The position numbers and the translations under genes are program-made. From Azolla caroliniana (Eukaryota > Plantae > Polypodiophyta), in contig JBHGNT010000016.1 in the NCBI GenBank assembly GCA_043228905.1, positions 2,108,001-2,172,000 on the forward strand: DNA of 64,000 bases, given 5' to 3'. Shown piece by piece: positions 58,892 through 64,000 of the stretch. The notes under the pieces are model-generated. The model was not told the DNA's origin. It ran no database searches and saw only the letters and a list, made by a program, of their open reading frames with translations. Numbering within the stretch: position 1 is the stretch's first letter; the number at the start of each line of letters is the position of its first letter.

Positions 58892-61800
58892 CTACTCTAA
58901 GTAATCAAGATCCTCAGTGATGCCAACCTGCCATGTCCATAAAAATCACATTCAGCAATTATTTATATCTTCATTTTCTGTAAATGATTCGAGGGTTTTT
59001 TCCTTTCAAAACCTCTTTATAGACAGCTTCAAGTTTATCCTTAGCGTCGGGAAAATTACTTGAACACCATTGTTGCAAAGAGAAAATATTGTCTGAATAC
59101 AAATTATTAAAAACGCTATAAAAACCTACACAAATCTATTATCATTTTAAACCATAATTTTCGCATTAGGTCTTTTAACACAGAAAAGATACAAATGAAT
59201 ATAAAACCTGTCCATCTGTTGACCGATGCATGAGCCACTGCACAAGCCTCCTCTGAGCATAATAACATTCACATCAAAGTAAGTTCAGCAGTAATACATA
59301 GTGTTATAACCTTAATTGTTGAAGCTTTTGATCTTGAGAAATTGATATATTTGTTATGATAGTTGTTGCAACAATCTTTTAGAATGCTTTCATGACAATA
59401 TTATGTAAAAACTCAAAGAGATTTTTATCATATATTTTGCAACAATTATTCAATCTGTTGTCATAAGTAATTATGTAAAACTTGAGTAATTTTTATGATA
59501 GTCTTTACAACAATCACTCAATTTGTTTTCACAATTTTCACAAGTGCTCTATATAAAGCTCAAGTAGTTTTTACGATGGTTTAAGCAACAATTATGTAAA
59601 ACTGAAGCCATTTTAACATGGATTTTGCACTAATCATATCGATTTGTTCCACAAATATATTATGCAAAACTTGAATCATTTTTGCAAACAAACCAATCAA
59701 AGGTAGCAGGATCATAAAACTCAAATAACTTACTCATGGCCTCAAAAGTAGCAGGATCATTATCCACATAGATTTCCATCTGAGCCTGCATAGAGAAAAT
59801 ATTACACACAATTTAAATGTTTTGATTAATCAAATAAGGGTAAATACTTGGATACTTGAATCTTTATGAAAGGACATACCTTCAGCGACTTAAACTTCTC
59901 CTCTAGTTCCCTAAGCTCTGCTAAAGCTGTCTCTCTCTCCTCCTATTCAGATTAATATGTCAAATGAGAAGCCATTGAAGAGACAACCAAAAAAGTTGAT
60001 TAAGTTAATAATTAAATATACATTACAGTATCTTCTCTTCCTTTCTTGCATGAGTCTATCTGCAAAGCTATTTTGGTTTTCTGCTGCTTTAAATTTGCTA
60101 AATCACCTTCCAGCTTTGCACGGACTTGTCTCAACTAATTGATGGAGAAAACAAGACATTTCATAGATTACTCAAGTCATCCCATATGATTCTTCATGAC
60201 AAGAATATAAGAAGAAGAAGAAACGTAAATGCAATGCTCAAACATTACGATTCTTTGCAACAACAAACAACCATTCCAGCTATCTACCTGGTTTCCAGCA
60301 GAACTTGGAAGACTCCAGAAGTAAACCTGAGAAACAATCATCATTTCTTCTTTAGAAATGGCATAGAATTGTTTGAGTTCAAATCTAGCAGAATTTAGGA
60401 GAAAATATGACATGCAAACATGCTAAGTTTAATAAAAATCTTCTAAAAATGCTTGTGCAAAAGACATTCCGATCTTAATATAGCTTTATAGATATTAATG
60501 TTGCAAAGCTAAACATACAGAGGTTCCAATCTTGTCTTTAAAGACTAGATCATCGTCAACAAGACTTTGAATCACATCCTTCACACTTTGGCTTATCACG
60601 CCTTTCCTAGGCCCAAGCTTTTCCAACTCTCTCAGCTGCAAAAATACTGTTTTGAGTCAGTACTAAACAGAACAAAAAACTGGTGAACAAAAATGCCTAA
60701 ACAAAAATCGAATGAACTGGTTAAGAAGTGCTACTAAACATAAAATAGTGAGAAATCATTAAGGCAAGTGTCTGAACAAAAATACAGAGAACTGGTTAAG
60801 AAACACGCTCTAAACTAAAATAATTGAGAGAAGCGGTTAAGAAATGTGACTACGTAAGAATTGGAAGAAGTGTCTAAGAAACACTTCCAAACAACAACGA
60901 AAACTAGAGAAAGCTAGCTAAGAAAAAGCTTCTAGATACCACACTGAAAAGCTTTGTTGAAATCTCCATTTCTTGAAACAATTTGCAGATTCGTACAAGA
61001 TATGAGAATCCATTATTATTCTTGCAAGATTGTAAAGAAAAGACACATACCAGATAAAAGTCTTGGCTTTCATGGAATATCTGCAAGAGTTGGTTCCGCT
61101 TATCCTCTAAAGATAGGCCTCTTTTCTTAGACTACAGAAGGAAGACAAAGAATAGCTATTCACGGTTAAAATGATAGCATCATCTATATTTTTAAAAAAG
61201 AAAACCATTCTCCATGTCTAACACACATGCACACAATCTTGTTGTTTTGTTACTTAAAGCCGGTCACAAGAAGAATGTTTGGATACTTAACCATGAAATA
61301 ATGGAGGCATGGGTGTAACAATCATGAGTAAAATACAGTATTATAGCATTCCTACACAGAGAAAATTCGGTTTAAGAAATTAATGAATCTATAATTAGTA
61401 AAGCTAACCATGCACATCCTACTTGTCTAACAGAAATCACGTCATTTTTCACAGTTACGCAAGGGAATTATAATATGAGAATTGAAAAGGAAAGGATTTG
61501 CTACCCAAAGCAGCATAGAATGGCGGGAGTTTACGGAAAAAAGAATTAATGAAATAACATATTTCCATGTCATAACAGAAGGGGACATCATTTTCTCCTT
61601 TTCCATCACAGAAACTTATAGAAAAAGAACGGGATGGGAAAAAGGATTAGTTTTGTGCTGGTACTCGAATTATTCTACCAAAGAAAACAAAACTCGACAT
61701 AGCTGCCAGCTAAGGATCATAAGAAGAATAGAATCAGAATGGATTTGTGAGACTTACATTGAAATGATGAAGAAACTTATTTACATCATTCTCCATATTT

Positions 61801-62203
61801 CTAATAAAAGAGTGAGCATAAAATTCTTCATATCTCTTAACAATAAAAGAACAATATTCTTCGTATCTCTTAACAGAAACCGAGCACAGGATTTTCCAGA
61901 TGCAGCACAGAAATTATTACAACAAAAAGAATTCGATTTCTGCAGCTAAATGTGAAGGAAAATGATTTATCGTCATCTTTCTTTGTTTGAAACTTAATTG
62001 AAGTGAAAAGGATGGGGAGAGTATTACAGCATTCTCCATATCTCCTACACATTCTTCCATATCTCATACAATAAATAAACAACACAAGATTCTTCCATAC
62101 CTTTGGAAGAAAGAGGAAAACACATAAAATAATTCATCGACAGAAGGGTTTTGGTGATATGGATACCACCCTCACAACAAAGAATGTTTCTGAGACTTAC
62201 CAT
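58892..62203 (-). CDS. MND1: Meiotic nuclear division protein 1 (MND1, HOP2 partner), 10 exons, about 207 aa
   Basis: Exons 62203-62201 (ATG only), 61131-61051, 60635-60519, 60326-60288, 60134-60027, 59942-59880, 59785-59734, 59252-59208, 59092-59013 and 58927-58892: MSKKRGLSLEDKR..LLQIFHESQDFYLLRELEKLGPRKGVISQSVKDVIQSLVDDDLVFKDKIGTSVYFWSLPS...NDPA...NRWTDNIFSLQQWC...GITEDLDYLE*. Confidence 0.95.
59340..59690. repeat. Degenerate ~65-70-bp tandem repeats in an MND1 intron
   Basis: Recurring ATTATGTAAAACT...TTTTTAT.AT...TTGCAACAAT units. Confidence 0.6.
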
Positions 62204-62264
62204 AAACGAGTGAGCTAAGAGACAACAGTTATCGCAGAGATCGAGCTGGCTATGACTAACAGAT

Positions 62265-62272
62265 GCGGGAAA
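62265..62272 (-). promoter_or_regulatory. Canonical E2F site TTTCCCGC upstream of the MND1 ATG
   Basis: GCGGGAAA on the + strand, about 60 nt upstream of the start codon. Function is inferred only. Confidence 0.45.
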
Positions 62273-62411
62273 GAGGCGATGATTAATACGCAGAGCTGCA
62301 GTTAGGTGCAGAGAAACGGAAGCGTAATGGAGACCGTGAACGAAATAGAGAAACAGTAGCGTAATGGAGAACATGAACGAAAGCAGAAAGCAGTGTGTAC
62401 TGGAAGAAGAA

Positions 62412-62631
62412 GAAGAATACTGCAAAGGGTACTGCTCAACTTTTCTTTATCTCACAAAAAATGCCCCTCCTGTAAAACGAACCAAAAAATAAATACCAGG
62501 CAATACATATGTACGTGCCTAGAGACTCAAGAGCCCGAGAGAGCTTGCAGGGGCACCGACGAAATATAAAGATGTCTGAAGGGTATTTAGGGAAATAAAG
62601 AAAGATTCGAGAGTATTTCATGGCTTATCCC
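62412..62631. mobile_element. MITE-like inverted-repeat element in the MND1 promoter region
   Basis: Left arm TACTGCTCAACTTTTCTTTATCTCACAAAAAATGCCC matches the reverse complement of right arm GGGTATTTAGGGAAATAAAGAAAGATTCGAGAGTA. It resembles the intronic MITEs. Confidence 0.5.
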
Positions 62632-64000
62632 TTCTGTTATATGCAGATAAGCGTTACGTTTATTAGACATGTATGTTGCATTGTTGCCTTTGTTTTCAGC
62701 TTATGATCAAAATGTAGTATTCTATTAGCATTGTCCATATATCCCTTGAATAGAATATCAACAAAATTCCTTCCTAAAAACGAAACCTATAACTAATTCG
62801 AGTGTCCACCTATAAGGTAACAAAAAATGTTGATGCTTGCTCACAACTTATCAATAGGCCAATTAAAAAGGTTTTTGTCGATCATTGGTATTGGTAGGGT
62901 TTGATCCCACTTTCTTGGTTGTCTAGAAATTTTGTTAGCACCAACAAGGCAAAAACAAATGTTGTCCAAGGATTTTGTGAGTTAATTAGAGATTCAACCA
63001 ATGATTTTGCGCTTATATTTTTGTTGGTTTGTTCTACCTTAATCGAGAGATAATTTGTTTCAAACTTAAAACAAATGATCGGCAAATATTTGTTTATACA
63101 TGAAGTCGCTCAAAATGATGGATCTCAGATATGCCGTAAATAGAACTATAGAATCGTGATGGGTAGCTAGCAAGGTTATATTTGGATTAAACGACACTGA
63201 CTTCTATTGGAAAATGTTCATTCTTACAACTCTTGTGGTAAGCTTCAACGTAGCGTTGGTTTCTCTCTTGAATGTATGTCATATGTATGCTCTCGAGATA
63301 TCTTAACGACAAAGTGATTGAGATGCATCCATTAGGTTATGACCTCTTGATTTAAAGAAGAAGAAAAGGCATTTACATAAAACAGTTTCAAGGGTTAAAG
63401 TGACCTCAATTACTACATAATAAGTGGTTCTTTTTTGTTGTTGCCAAATACATATACGAGACGTATTAAATCCATGTTAGACACAACGAGAAGGATGAGA
63501 AACTATACAAGCAATGATCATTCTATATGTGTATGACTTTATTGTCATTAAATACACATTTCAATAACATTGGCATCCTAGTAGTAGGAGAAATAGAGAC
63601 AATAGATAGGAAACCAACATACCTAGGTGTGAAATGGCCTAAGGCCAATGTAAACATTATAAATCTCACTTTTCAACTTTTTTACACTTCTTCTCATCTC
63701 TTGTTGTTGCAAGCTTAGTCATCCTCTATCGAGTATTTAGAGTCTTATGAATCCTATCTTAAGAGACTCAAGCTTCATTTTATGAAGTTGATATTAGTGG
63801 CAATTACTTTTCCTTGGTATGTTTCCAGTCATTTGGGTTATGTTAAACTGTGTGGATAAATTTATGTAATTCATATACTTTTAACTAGTATCGAGTTACT
63901 ATTGATCAAGTGAAGCTCACCTAGATGGTCATCACTAACACTAGTAAGCTTAGGATGGTTTGACACCTTTACCTACAGGCATCATCAACACTAGGGTAGA

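Noticed and set aside
61482-61949. 155-aa plus-strand ORF
   Set aside because: It is antisense within MND1 intron 1, AT-rich and has no recognisable domain.
63480-64000. Possible LINE ORF1 remnant (VGEIETIDR...KANVNIINL)
   Set aside because: The similarity is too weak to support without a database search.

Overview
AT-rich eukaryotic land-plant genomic DNA. The intron-rich genes, (CA)n/(TACA)n microsatellites and decayed LINE and Ty3/gypsy debris suggest a non-seed plant such as a fern, but that is an inference. By splicing GT-AG exons by hand I rebuilt seven protein-coding genes: a WNK kinase (-), an NSD/ASH1-class histone methyltransferase with PHD-AWS-SET-postSET-Tudor domains (+), a SHV3/GDPDL-type glycerophosphodiester phosphodiesterase-like protein (+), an intronless calmodulin-like protein (+), an NPU-like membrane protein (+), an ENO3-type enolase (-) and MND1 (-). 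Intergenic and intronic DNA holds LINE RT remnants, a solo LTR with a 5-bp TSD, gypsy/chromovirus fragments, a hAT-type MITE with an 8-bp TSD, a dispersed short-TIR MITE family and many local tandem duplications. The most notable observations are: five tandem copies of the CML start-codon context separated by TACA microsatellites, giving three uORFs and an in-frame extension; two U12-type introns in neighbouring genes; and a SET protein combining ASHR3-like PHDs with an intact Tudor domain. I found no CRISPR array, rRNA or intact tRNA. All homology calls come from remembered motifs, not database searches.
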